A DNA stretch of 64,000 bases from Takakia lepidozioides (lineage: Eukaryota > Plantae > Bryophyta): NCBI GenBank assembly GCA_030704615.1, contig CM060733.1:5890001-5954000 (forward strand). The letters run 5' to 3'. The notes beneath the pieces are model-generated. The model was not told the DNA's origin, ran no database searches, and worked only from the letters and a program-made list of their open reading frames with translations. Within the stretch, counting starts at the first letter, position 1, and every line of letters begins with the position of its first letter. The translations under genes were made by a program, and so were the position numbers. Shown in pieces: positions 1 to 13,100 of this stretch.

Positions 1-282
1 TACTTGAAACAAACATAGAGAATTTGCAAGAAACAAGCCTTTCAGAGACCTATTGCCAATGACAACAAATCTGTAGAAAGATAGGGTTCAGCACTTTACT
101 CCTTTTCTCATCGCTGTCTTTTTCGTATTCACTCCTATCGTATTGGGGGCCGATGGAACCAGGCGTGAGGCCAGCGCACCCTACTTGTGAGTAGTCTCTA
201 ATCTGTTGGAGGTTTAACATTGTGTTATTGATCTATGTAGGGACTGTCTATCATGACATCCATCAACTGACGAACAACTTGA

Positions 283-380
283 GTGCGATGAATTATGAGA
301 TATCAGCGATGAGATCCGAGATGTTAGTGATGAGCATGATAAGATCTGAGATGTCAACGATGAGATCCGAGATAAAGATC
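283..380 (+). repeat. Degenerate 21-bp tandem repeat encoding heptads (AMRSEM.)n
   Basis: About 4-5 units resembling GCGATGAGATCCGAGATGTCA, inside ORF 222..620 (AMNYEIS AMRSEML VMSMIRSEMS TMRSEIK). Confidence 0.75.
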
Positions 381-1837
381 ATGAGGAACATTGCAACTTG
401 TGGTGTCATTGTTCATCTTCTGCTACTTTTGAGGAGTATGCATGTTCTACACCTCCCAGACCTTGTAATAGTATTGCATTCAATTATTTTCATCAAACAT
501 TGGTTCCAAAGTGGCTCATTTTTTCATGCATACAGTCACAAACACGAGGTGGCACCCACACGCTCCTGGAATCAATCACCCTCCCTCCTCCATTTCTCCA
601 CCTATACCCCTACAAATTAATTCAAACCTAGACTTTCACGCACTCAACAGAAGGAGTTTAATCTCTTAGAGCTTGAATACTTGTTCCTAGAGGTGATCGT
701 AGGCTCTCATCACACTACAGCAAGAGCCCACAACCCCGAACATGTATGTGAGCAGTGACCGCATTGCGTTACGCTTTTTCACTTAACGTTGTTCATTCTC
801 CTTTTCGGGTACCAAAGGACAAAGTAAAGCAACATCACCTCCTCAGGTGCAGAGGCGGAGCCCAACAGAGCCTCGAGCGCCTTCAATTCCTGCCATTGCA
901 TCATCTTTCTGCCCGTCTCTGAATCCCCCTAAGATAAGCAGGGTCTGAGGGTTTTATGGACTCTGCAAAATTTGCTTTGGATGTCACACAAACATTACCC
1001 CACATCAAACATCTCATTAAGTTGTTGTGTGCATCTGTCCATATATGAAGATGAAATTCCACTCTTTTGCTTTACTACAGATGTTCCAATAGCAGATCAA
1101 TAGAAGACTTCATATGAGAATACTCATGTGCTAATACAACATAATCCCTTAACAAAGTTTTTCTGTCATATCATGGCAGCTATGGGATTATGGCAAATAA
1201 CAGGAATGATAGGTTGTTGTGGTTAGCGATAGGAGGGTAGTGAGGAGATGTTTGAGAAGCACAACTTCACAACCAAATTAACACGTGATCTATTTTTGCT
1301 ACTCATTTTTCCCAACACCAAGTTCTTGCGACCATATGCAAGATGTGTCCAGTGTTGCATATCCAAACTAAGTCTTGTCTCTAGAAAGAAAACAGACTCT
1401 TGTCTTAGGCAGCTTGTACAACCGCTATAGCTCATCTATGTATCCCACCAGATTTTGAAACCCCGAAGTTACCTTAGTAGGCAAAATATCCTTCAACTTT
1501 GCACCATTCTTAGCTTCATCTATCTCACTCATAGAGAAAATTTAATAGTCTGGGTGCGAAAGTTGAGCCATAGCAAGAGAAACCATCGAAGTTCCACCAA
1601 CTGGAAAGGTGGGGTTGAATTTCATACTCTTTGGAACGCCACCTTCATCATCGTATTTGACAAGCCAAAATCTATCAATGCGACAGAATAAACAAATAAT
1701 GCACATAAAATCATGTTTAACCTCTCTTCCTATCCCATTTAACCGCTATCCAATATATCAGACATCGCATATGTACGAACTGCCATCACGCAAGTGTTTT
1801 GACAGAATCTCACAAACTTGCGACCCAATTACAAACC

Positions 1838-1932
1838 ATGCCTTTAAACCGTCTGTTGGGCACTCGATGGCCCATGTGTTGAGCAGTAGGCTCTGTAAAT
1901 TCACTAGACTTTAAGAAAAACTTTATCTTTAT
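1838..1932 (+). mobile_element. 5'-truncated copy of SINE family A
   Basis: Aligns by eye to the 3' half of the 60714-60889 element (CGATGGCC..TGTTGAGCAG..GGCTCTGTAAATTCACT..) and ends in a CTTTATCTTTA tail. Confidence 0.75.
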
Positions 1933-4199
1933 GTCATCATTAAGGTGCATTGTCTATCCTTTAACCTCTCTAAAACTATGTCTGCAGAATATGTTATTTG
2001 TGGCTGTGATATAAGACTATATTTGAAAAAAAGAAAACCTTGTTTTCACCACGAATATACGAAAACCTAATAATCTTAACTTTTGAAGTCGAAACAATAG
2101 AACATATAATAGATGCAAGTAGTATAAAAAATGTACAATGAAAATGTCACGCGTGGATCATTTAGTGATGTAATGTAAACTAATTGAATCTCGTGGTGTA
2201 AAGAAAAGTTAGGGATGAATTCAATAGCTAGGACAATATTGATATCCAAAGTTAAACATATACTTCAGAACATTTTCATATAAAATTGCAGAATGGTACA
2301 AATAAAAATATGAGCTATAGTTGATGCCTAGAGAGAGAGTACATTAACTTATATCAGTGTATTGATGTGATTTGAGAATATTTGTTGTGGGACCATAACA
2401 ATTCTCAAAGAGACTCTCTTACAATTACTCAAAAATGAAAGTTGATTCAATCTTAGACAAACTCAATGTTTTGCATGATCCTCTTTGCCAAAATTTATAG
2501 AACTTTATCGTTGTCCACATTTCGATCCACAAGCCATCCAAAATGCAATAATTACATAAGTGTATCAACATGAGAATGATTGACAAGTTTATTTAACATG
2601 AATAATAGTAGTAATCTAATCTTGATTAATTTTTTTGTGGCGTTGTCTACTACTTCGCTTACTTTTGCACTTTAGCCTAGGGATGGATTCCCATTTCCAT
2701 GTTTACTTATAATTGATTAAGAGATTTCGTCTTATTATTGTTTAATAATAATAATCATCATAATTCCATCTTTCCCGGCATTGCAATTTTATACAACAAG
2801 AATATCTCATTCAAAATATGAAATCTAAACACGCAATGGTGCAAATTCCATTGCTGCAAATTTTAACCCAATTCTCGCAAAGCTATACATGTAATTGCAA
2901 TATACAAACCTCATTTCTTTTCTCTTCACAATATTTTACAAAATATTACAAAAATTACACGATAACGCACAAAAAAATCCATTGTTATCAAGATTTTAAC
3001 ATTAATCTTTGTAAACTCAACACCGAATATGAGTCTCTTTACTCATTTGTGACAACCAACTTACATTCCACAAATCTACAACAGATTCATATTCTCAAAG
3101 ATTACAACATTTTGAATTTGGACAAATTCCCGATGAAATGCCGTCTAGATTCAAGCATGTTTGTAGATTAGGATCTCTATTTCAAAGCTTGCTACATGTA
3201 GAAAAGCTGATGGGCTTACCTTAGAGGATACGCATTCTAAACTCACATTACACAATACTCATCAGCTTATCCCACAGGTGACAACGTAATCTTATGGCAC
3301 TTGATTCAAATGTTTGCGTATTAGATGAGGAAGTTATGAAAGATATTGGGACCGAAATTAACTCAACAAGTAGGATATATTACAATATCAATGATCATTA
3401 TACTACTTAATACTGTTCCATAAATCCAACCATCAGAAATGAAGACTAGCATTTTAGAATGATGATCAATAGGAAAAGTTTGACGATGGTACCTTCCTCC
3501 AAAGGTCGGTCTGTCAGTATATCTCTGTCATTATATCAAAGTGTACATGATAACAGTCTACGTGAACCACATGAGGATTATGAGGTAGGCTGCCAAATGC
3601 AAATACGGATAACATGCATAGGAGAATCCACACCGCGAGGCATCATCACGATATTGTTTACCTTCAAGCTTTAATATGATCTTATTCTGAATTTCAATTA
3701 GACTAAATGGGTCAACAACGAGACATAAATTTAAATTTTTTCAGATCATGTTAATCACTTCACTACCGATTCGTATTTATAACAAGGCAAAGCTTGCATA
3801 TATTCCATGCATTTATCTTATACCATACTTTATACTTACTTAATATCAATGGGTTTTAATATACCGATCTAATCTAAGGTATAAATATGTTGGGATGAAT
3901 GATAAATAACGATTATGGTATAAGTAAAGATGACATCATAGGTATAATATCTTGATTGTAATATATCACATATTTAATAATAATAAAATATTTTTATTGA
4001 ATTAAAATGGTATTTTAGATTTATAACTTGATAATATATTACATGATTTCATCCCTTGTCCTTAATTATTATTGACAGTGTTGAGTATTTAGGTATAAGA
4101 AAAAACAAATCATAACGTATGTAACCTTGATCGGGATGGTATATTGTAATTAATAAGAATATATGATCCGGTCCACACCAGTGTCAGATTGGTATTAAG

Positions 4200-4715
4200 G
4201 CGCGTGAGCAACGAGCGGAGTTATTCAAGAGAGTCATCCTCATGGCTTTTGAGAACCTCGCCATAGCGCAACACAAGAATACATTGAGGTACGCAACCAT
4301 TTGTGGAGGGGGATATCGTCCAGGGGTTCGGCGTTTCCACCCTGGGGACTATGTGTATCTACAGCAGACAACGCCTACGACCTTGGATGTCGCAGCAGAA
4401 CGTATGATTCTAAGGGTCAGGAAGGTGTTTGTCTTTAGGAGTGCTGATTTTGGAGGGTCAAGATGGTATGGTATGGAAGGACCATATGCGCAACTGTGCG
4501 CCATGACACCTTCTATATGTGGATGGAAGGATAGATCCCAACCTTGCAGTGGTACCTCCAGGTTGCGTTGCATGCTATGTGGGCATATTCTAGTGGTGCC
4601 GCAACCATGTTGGTGTGTGACAAATGCTCAAGGGGGTGACACATGGTATGTTTAACACCTCCACTTGAGGAGGTTCCTAGCGGAGAATGATTGTGTCCAC
4701 GATGCCTTGGACAAA
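4200..4715 (+). mobile_element. Degenerate Ty3/gypsy retrotransposon fragment: integrase C-terminal region followed by a PHD finger
   Basis: ENLAIAQHKNTLRYA..RRFHPGDYVYL resembles the gypsy post-integrase F.PGD.V.L region. Across frameshifts it continues as CMLC..MLVCDKCSRG*HMVCLTPPLEEVPSGE*LCPRC (C4HC3 PHD). Stops and frameshifts are present. Confidence 0.75.
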
Positions 4716-5129
4716 GGTGGACATGCCAATGATGAGGTTGGTAGGTGATCAAAGGTCTAGCTGGTGGGAGCTCAACGCCATGGATACTCAATTAAAGATC
4801 ATGGATTGCATGCAGGTGACTAACGACGGGGCTCTCTTTGCACCCGACCTCTTGATCCATAGACTTTAGAAAGTTGGGACATGTGCGGTTGAAAACCAAG
4901 CGATGATCAAATTAACATCAGTACTTGTTGGCCATTATCCGGTGTTAGAGGGACCTAATCACTAATCTGGTCCTGGTACCAGACGTATCACAAAACTTTC
5001 ATACCAGTCTGGTCTATATAATGGTAAATGTATTTTTTTCCAAATACTGGTATGAATATGAATATCATGACCACAATCCTAGCTGATATGAGATGATGAA
5101 GGAGAATAAGGCATTCCCTTGTTATATTC

Positions 5130-6714
5130 ACATGTCAATAGGAGGCCTTTGATGTATCTTAAATCCGTGCAGATTGCAAGGAAATCAGGACGCATGCAAT
5201 GATTCTTATCCCAACAACGTCGAATGAGAACAACCAATCTCGTTGGGGTTTCCTTAGGCAGCTGCGGTCGTTGCCCAGCCTTCATACGAGCTGGAAGGTG
5301 ATCGCTATTTTCGAAAGGCACCTTCCTGCTGAGCACCTCATATTACACGATTCCAAAGCTATAAACATCAGTTTTGAAGGCATAGAAGCAGGGTGGTGGC
5401 TCCTCACCTTCATCAAGATTGAAAACTTCCGGGGCAGTCCATGGTCTGATGCCAACGTTCTCAGTCCGATGTGAGAATCGAGTGCTCCAATTCTTGACCT
5501 TTATCTGGCCGAACTCGGCAATCTTGACAATGATCGAATCGCCGGGTGGCCCACGACATTATAGTCGTGGAAGGATTTTCGAACTTGACTAGGATGTTGA
5601 GCGACTTGAGGTCACGGTGAGCCATGTGCTTGATGTGGATGTACCTCATGCCCTCGGCGATTTCGAACATTAGGTCAGTGGCTTGGATGTTTGAGAACGG
5701 GGCGCTCGTGCGTTTGTCATCGGGTTTCGTATCTCTCCAGTCCCCAAGAAGATCGATCAAGCTCTTTTACATGAGCTTCATCGCGAAGATACTCTTGTCT
5801 TCCGACTCCGAGAAGCAGACGACGCGCACTATATGAGGATGGTTAAGTCCTGCCAAAGTAGTAATCCCTTGCCTAATTAAGCTTTCTTTGGCTGCACCAC
5901 CAATGATCATCTTCCTCGCATACTTTTCCCCCAACTGCACCCATTTTGTTTCTCTGACTTTTGCGTAACCGCCTTGTCCAACTTTTCTGCCTTTCTCAAA
6001 GTTTTTTGGATCAAGCCAAAGGAAAAGATGAACAAAGATAACGATCTCACTTAGAGGTAACTCCATCAAGCTGCTCCTATCCACTTCCTGCTTTTCGGCA
6101 TATAACTTTTTAAGCAGTTTGGCCGCTAATAGACATCGCTCATCAAGATACTGTCCACAGGTCTTGCTACCACAAACATGATGCCCCTTCATGAAATCCT
6201 TGAGAAGGTCGCGAAGATCATTTTGATCCTGCTTAGCCGCCGTCATCAACATGAAATGGTCAGTCCTTCCTAGCTTTCCGTCAAATGCTGAGGGCTCAAA
6301 ACTGCTGCTCGTTGTAATCGGCATGCCACACAGTACTGACGTGTGCCAATGTACATCATATATATTTTTTGCAAACGTCTCCTTCATGTTGCCTTGGTTG
6401 ATTGTTACCGACAGCCTGCATCGCAGGCCAACGTAACAACAGTCGTTGATGAGGATCTCGACACTTTTGAGCACCGTATGAAGTTCTGACATTGCCGCTG
6501 AAGTCCAGTCAGGAATATTTGAGCCTAGCTCTTTCAACTCTTCATCTCGTAGTACTTCCTAGAACTTGTCAAGTGCCTCTAGAGTCTCGGAGACTTTCGC
6601 AAGAAGCTGACATTGTTGAAGATTGATTTGCAAAGAGAAATCGACGTTCTCCGTTGAAGCAAGATACAGAGCAGACTTTACCGTTGTGCGAAGATCTGAG
6701 ACAACTTTCGCCAT
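5130..6714 (-). pseudogene. Pseudogene of a helical-bundle (MCAfunc/MLKL 4HB-like) + Raf/TKL-like protein kinase
   Basis: ATG at 6714, N-terminal INLQQCQLLA helical region, then GQGGYAKV, YARK, HPHIV, HRDLKSLNILV, KIAEFG, PWTAPE, DVYSFG, CWDKNHCMRPDF. In-frame stops at 6559-6561 and 5767-5769, further frameshifts around 5460-5540. Confidence 0.85.
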
Positions 6715-7360
6715 GAGAACAGTCTACCCTCATCAAGTACCCTGAAATCAGCTAACAAAGTCCTCCCAAACTTTAACCCCGCCACATTGAGATTTAACAG
6801 TTAATACTTATCAGATTTGTATGGTTCCCTGCTGCGGGCGCCCTGTTGACTGTCCACAATACGTGAAAGTTTTGTGGTCAACCAGTGGCTAACTACAGCC
6901 TGCTTGGGGATCAATGCTCCAGCGATGGTCATGGGTACCCAGATGAATACTGATGTAGACCGCCGTATGTTCCAATGCCAGTGGTTGACAGAGGTAAGAT
7001 GAACGGGAAGGCAAAGCGATAAAAGATTGAACCCAGCACTGATCACCCATTCTCCAAGCTGTGAAACTCCGCACGTTTAGTTCCAACTCCGACCTTGTAA
7101 GAATTCAGCTGTCTGACAGGTAATTACTCCAAAATGACTCTCACTGTCCCCAACTTTGGCGCAGCAGATGACCTCTCATTATTCTCTTCATGAAATCGCA
7201 TTGTTATTGAAATCCCATCCTATATCTCCGCTCATCTCTCAAACTTTCTTGCTCCCCACTTACTCCCTACATCAAGAAATTGTAGGTACATGCCCGCAAG
7301 GAAGTCTTAGGGGAAGAGCAGAAGCCACCTTCACACAAGAGCGGCCCTTCCGAGCACTGC

Positions 7361-7400
7361 ATGTATGAAGGAGGAGGACCATGTATGAAGGAGGAGGACC
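7361..7400 (+). repeat. Perfect 20-bp tandem duplication ATGTATGAAGGAGGAGGACC x2
   Basis: Directly visible. Confidence 0.9.
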
Positions 7401-8926
7401 AGGAGCTTTAAGGTGGACTTTGGCGAAGGAGAGTGCCCCAATGCCTAGATGGCCGCGGGAAGCGGCCGGCAAGTGCGTACAGACAGCCTACGACATGAAT
7501 AAAAAACAGTGAACACACAAAAAATAAAAATAAAATAAAATAACAACAGTGAACACTAGGATGTTCATGCACGTGTTCAACGACAATGAACAGATATACC
7601 TACATACAAGGATATTTTATTATATATTTATGGTAGTCTAGTTTCGGGCCACTTGTAGATTGTGCCGCAATTTCCTCATAAGGTTCAATGTTGGCCTAGT
7701 GAAGGTTAATTAATTGGAGGCCATGTTTGTCTGTTCTCATGGAGGATCAGAATTCTACCTAAAAGGTACAAAGGCTCGGGTTTGGCATAATCTGTGACCA
7801 TGATGCATTCCTACGTACTGTATGCAAGCTTCAAATTTGAACACATGTAAGGCGTGTTTACTATATTTTCAGCCCCTAGTACATGCCCAAAGCCTACGTC
7901 CAAAAGTCAAAGCACCACAAATGAGGAGTCTTGCTCACTTTTGAGAAATATTTGTCTGTGGCAATATACAAATAATTTTGACCATCAACTGTACACTGTG
8001 GATCATGGGTGTAGTTGTTATTTTTAGGCCAAAACAGATTAACCTCCATAGTTTTGACAATCAACTGTACATTGTATACCGACTGTCAGATGGGTGCCTT
8101 CATGAGTTGAACAACAACTCATGATTTTAAACATACATCATTCAAGAGTTTATAACCAAAATTTATAAGATGGTATGTTTATCCCAAAAAGATATTTTCT
8201 AGTCCATTGAAAGTTACAACAAATCGTAAAGCTGATTAAAACGTCTTGGACCAAACGTTTCACTAATTCAAGATACAACATATTTATCTTCCACCATTTT
8301 TATGAAGATGGTTGCACCTAAAGTTCAATGAGCTTGCAATGCCCCCAAAGTCTTAGGTCTAATGTGGTTTTTCAAAATTTATAAATTGTGAAAAGTGATA
8401 GTTAATTTCAAAATTTGGAAAACCGAACTACTAGATATGTTTTGGCATAAAAACCTTTAACCAAAACTTTCAAATCATTGGCATAAAATTAGATGACAAA
8501 ATGAGCTCCCAAAATGAAAGAGCAAACTGAGCAAATACCATAAAATCCACCCCAAATAAGCCATTCAAAAAATTCCATAAGTGGCACATGTTTGAATCAA
8601 ATCCAATTATGCGAAGTCTCTGCAACTTGACAATGTACTTACGGAAAGTGTAATGGGTTTACATCCTAAAGTGACCTACATTTTCCATGTTTTTAAGGTC
8701 ACAACCCATATTGTCTTTTTGTTTTCAAATTTGGAAAATAACAGGAGTGGCTACTGAGTTTTGCAGGAAATAGCCATATTTTCTGTTCATCCACTGAAAT
8801 TTGGACAGAATCGTCCTTGTCTGTACTTTCATCCATGTATATCATCCGTATTAGGCAAATTCATCCATGATTTATGTTTTTTTTGAGAAGTTTGGCGATT
8901 TCATCCATGAAAAATAGGGAATTTAC

Positions 8927-9462
8927 CAGTGTTGGGCGGATATAGAGTCATCAGGATATCAATAGTAGGATATCAACCCGGATATCAATGTATCCGGATC
9001 CGGCAACTATTTGATATCCGGCTATTATTTATATCCGGCGGATACATAAAACGGAGGATCCGGATAGGATCCTACCCGCCGGATATAAAAAGGTTTAATA
9101 ACCGGATTGTAACCAGATATGTAGCCAAAATACCGGATCTCAACCGGATACAAGAAAATAAAATAAAATATTAATATTTTATTAGAATTTTAATAATTTA
9201 AATTTATTAAATAAAAATTTAAAAAAATTGCGAGTAAATCTCAATAAAGTTAAATCAGGGCTACAATCTCCCTTTTAACAAAAAATTATATTTCATGATT
9301 ATTTATATCCGGATTACTCTATAACCGCCGGATATTAAAATCTAAATATGTGGACTTATTTATATCCAGCAGATTTTTAAAAACTTCCACTATGCATAAC
9401 CTGCGGATATTAGAAATGCAAATTATTCTTATATCCGGATCCGCAGGATATATCATTCACTA
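8927..9462. mobile_element. MITE-like non-autonomous DNA element with dense ATCCG/CGGAT subterminal motifs
   Basis: Many ATCCGG/CCGGAT motifs in both orientations flank an AT-rich core. Ends CAGTGTTG.../...CATTCACTA form a weak TIR. Confidence 0.55.
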
Positions 9463-10191
9463 AGGTTAGGGTCTTGACAAAAATCTGCATGCCTCCCCTT
9501 GAGACGAAGAACCAAATGAAGTGGTGTGTTACTCAAGTAATTTGCACATAAATACAACCCTGGATAGTGCGTACATTTTGCATCGGGGAGGTCTGGGACC
9601 ATTTGCTTCTTCGCTGAAACAAATTGGCCATAATCAAGAAATGTGAATGTGTGTGTCGGGACCACCAAGTAGTGTTAAAACTGAGCACTATTCACGACTC
9701 TGCTACTCCGCAAAACCATTTTTTTGGGTCTTTTTGAAATTTTAATGCTTCAAATAAATGAATCTGCTATAGGTAGCACAACGAGTCTCATTGTTACGGT
9801 AGTCCACATCCAGGTCCATGGTCAAATTGGTGTATCATTTATGGATTTCCCAAAGTGTGAATTAATACTGTTTACAGAATGTGACAAGTGTTGTTTTGAG
9901 CTTGTAGTACGGTAGATTGGGTAGGCTGGATGGTAGGGCAAAGATGTACATTGCTGACCCAGTGGAGTGTTCCTTCATTAAATCTGAAAGGATTACACTG
10001 TACATTTTAGACCCGATGCTGGACACTACAAAAGATGAAATGAATGGCTATCTATTTGGATTTGACTCATTTCATACTGGAGTAACTCCTATCCATGATG
10101 TGCGATCTGGTGGGAGATTAGATGTCATTGGTAGTATGTCTCAAAATATTGTGCACACTGTAGCTGTGTCCTCAAACAACTTCATTCCATG

Positions 10192-13100
10192 CTATAGTTT
10201 TTTGTATTGTTCAATCAACTGTGATGCATGTAGACGAGACTTGGGATCCACAGTGCAGCCGAGGCTCCGCAAATATGCAACCTGCATCAGTAGTATCAAT
10301 GAAGACAGGAAGAATGATCTTAATTTGATGCACATCCTAAGGCATCCTTGACTAAAATTACTGATGTGTTTTGAATACAAATATGCGGAGGAAAACATTG
10401 AGCATTGTAGATATACAGACCTGCTTAGGTGTGGCGGTAGCAGCACCCATGGACCTCTCACTACTTTGCTGTTGGAAATGCTCCTGTATACAGATTCATA
10501 ACAATATGATCACGTCTCTCACCCACACCTCTCACGTGATCAGAGTCTTTTGTAACATGAAAGGCAAGGATTATAGAACACTGACGATGAAGATAAGGAT
10601 GTCGGGTGATTTTTAGTCACATAATACCCAAAAGGATTTAACTGTACCTGGCGCTCAGCCTGCATTAAAGCACGCTCCTCAGCTGGTAATTGCCCCCACT
10701 TAATTGCCTGAAAAATGTCAATACAAGCTCAAAATAATCCCTTCTCTCATGAAATAGTTCACGTCTGGAAGTGAATAATGTGAATGTTGAGAGACTTCCA
10801 CTATCTTTGAACACTACTTCATCCCTGCTTCATTATCATGAGTGTGTTGGCTGAAGAGTTCGTAGTCGTCAGAACATTGCTATGCCCTTCTGCTTTGGCG
10901 ACCGGACATCTCTTCAGCCAAAACTCCCAGGCAGGATTGAGCTTTGTTCTAACTCAGAACATGCCTTTGAGAAGTGATTGGAGGCATTACATGGGCACTC
11001 AAGCGTGCAGCCCAGTGGGACTAGTTAGAGGTATAAGAGATTAGTGGCACATAGCAAGTTGTACTCACAGTGCTCTGAAAAGATCTAGCAACAACTAACC
11101 CCAAATTGCAGAGTGGAAGCAGGTAACGGTTGACTTACATGCTGAGCATACATGAGGGCTGTACTATCCTTCAGTGAAGACTTGAGAGCAACCAAAATAT
11201 CCTGACAACAAGCATCAAACATTTGCTGAGCCACGAAGCCTTCTACACTGTCAAAACACATTCCATGGTCATTAATGTTGTTGTTGGACTTCTGACCCAA
11301 TTTTCTTGCATACAATATATTGCTTGATGGATAGAAGGTCTAGCCCTTCATTATGTACCAAGACAACTCTCTCCAAATGGAATGTCTTTTACTCATAATA
11401 TCAGACAACCCCGGCATATTTGGCAAACAATCCTCACCTATCTAATGTATGACCAAGCCATTTCTGGGCAATGCATCAATACAACAGTGTCATAAGCTAT
11501 ATATTTCATTAACGTTCTTGATTGTAACAATGTAACACAGCTCTGGAAGAGAGTTCTAACCAGAAAGCTTCATCAGTGCCCACTGTCTCCTATTTTCTCA
11601 CAACTCTGATTAAGCTACCACAGGGGTGAGTGGTACCTTGTTTCTTGTGTTCTTGCTGCGAAGACGCTCGTCTATCACAAATCCCACCTGTAATCACGGA
11701 ATTTTTCATCTCCTAGGTGTAATCTGCTTTCATGTTGTCCATTCTCACCAGATTTTATCTAGATAAGACACACTAAGGCACATACTCTATTATGTCTCTT
11801 AAGAACACTGAAGAAATGACTATATTGGCATTTGAAAGTCTTGAATTCATTGGACGGTTGGGTTGTGAAAGCTTGGCAGCAAAAGTAGGGGTGTGGGTTA
11901 GATGCAGTTTACAATGAGGATACAGCCCTTGGTCTACCCAACTCCCTTCTGTGCCCCCATTTGCCATCCCTCCCCTCCACTTCATTAGCACCTCAGGCAG
12001 TTGCTACATCAGACTCTACTAAATATGCCTGTACCTTCGAGAGAAGACGCCTGGCATCTTGAAATGCAGGCTTCCTCGCCCAGCTGTGAAAGAGCGCTGC
12101 AATAGTTGACCTTGCTTCCATGCTGAAACTGTACTCCACAGGACCATCACGAATCAGCACATGACCTTTATGATGAATCTCTTGTAACGTGCCATTGAAA
12201 TTTTGAGGCCGAGACCTTGCACTGCTGAAAGAGTGAAATGGAGGGGGAATTACACATAGAGACAAAACTTGTTAGAGAGAAATAGAATGGGTGTCCAAAA
12301 TCGAGAGATGTATGGGGGTTTACCCTCTTAGAAATGTGCTTGCAGTTACCCCATCGTGTACCACCACTGCTGCGCTGGTCCCATTCTCATACCCTTCTTT
12401 CGGAATGTCACTCCTGTCTCCAACAAGATTATTCTTTTCCCCATCACATTTTATTTCCATTTTGTGGCTCTCTCTCAAGTGACATGGAGCACCACCTGTA
12501 TTTACCAGTACGTCTTGCACATTTGTAGTTGCCATTCCCAGTAGAGGCTCTCCATCCGTGCATGTCAGTTCATAGTCAGTGCCTAAATGGGGAGCCATAG
12601 CTGGAGCTCTCTCTGGAGTTACAGAGGTTTGCACACAATCTGACTGCTTGAAATCACCCTGAAGAGCACACACAGAGAAAATGAGCCTTGGGTTATGATA
12701 CAACTGCCCTTGTGCAAGAGTAAATGTGATGCCATCAGCCGACACTCAAAAACAGTGTAGGGGAAGGGGGTGATTTATGGGCCAACCACGAAGCAGGCTT
12801 CTGATAAATAATGGCAAAAGAGCAAGGCAAAAGAGTGAGGCCTCCTAACCTGTATGTCTACAAGGTGGCGTGGTAACTCCTTCAGAAACCGGGAAGGCTG
12901 AAGCACCTGCAAAACGCAAGTGCTTAGTAGGCATTACACTGCTGTTTCCTCTGAAAGATTGGACTATGGTCATCTTCCCTTGCACTACCTCTAGTGGCCC
13001 TTATATAGGACCCATAGGAGAGTCCGAGAACTTGCATGGAACTCAGCCATGTGAAACTTGAGAAATAGAGCTGTGAAGTTACCAACATACAAAATCTTTA

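Noticed and set aside
640-3700. Decayed transposase remnants (e.g. hAT dimerisation-like LAKRIM..SNCKRVS near 2400-2540)
   Set aside because: Too degenerate to assign by eye.
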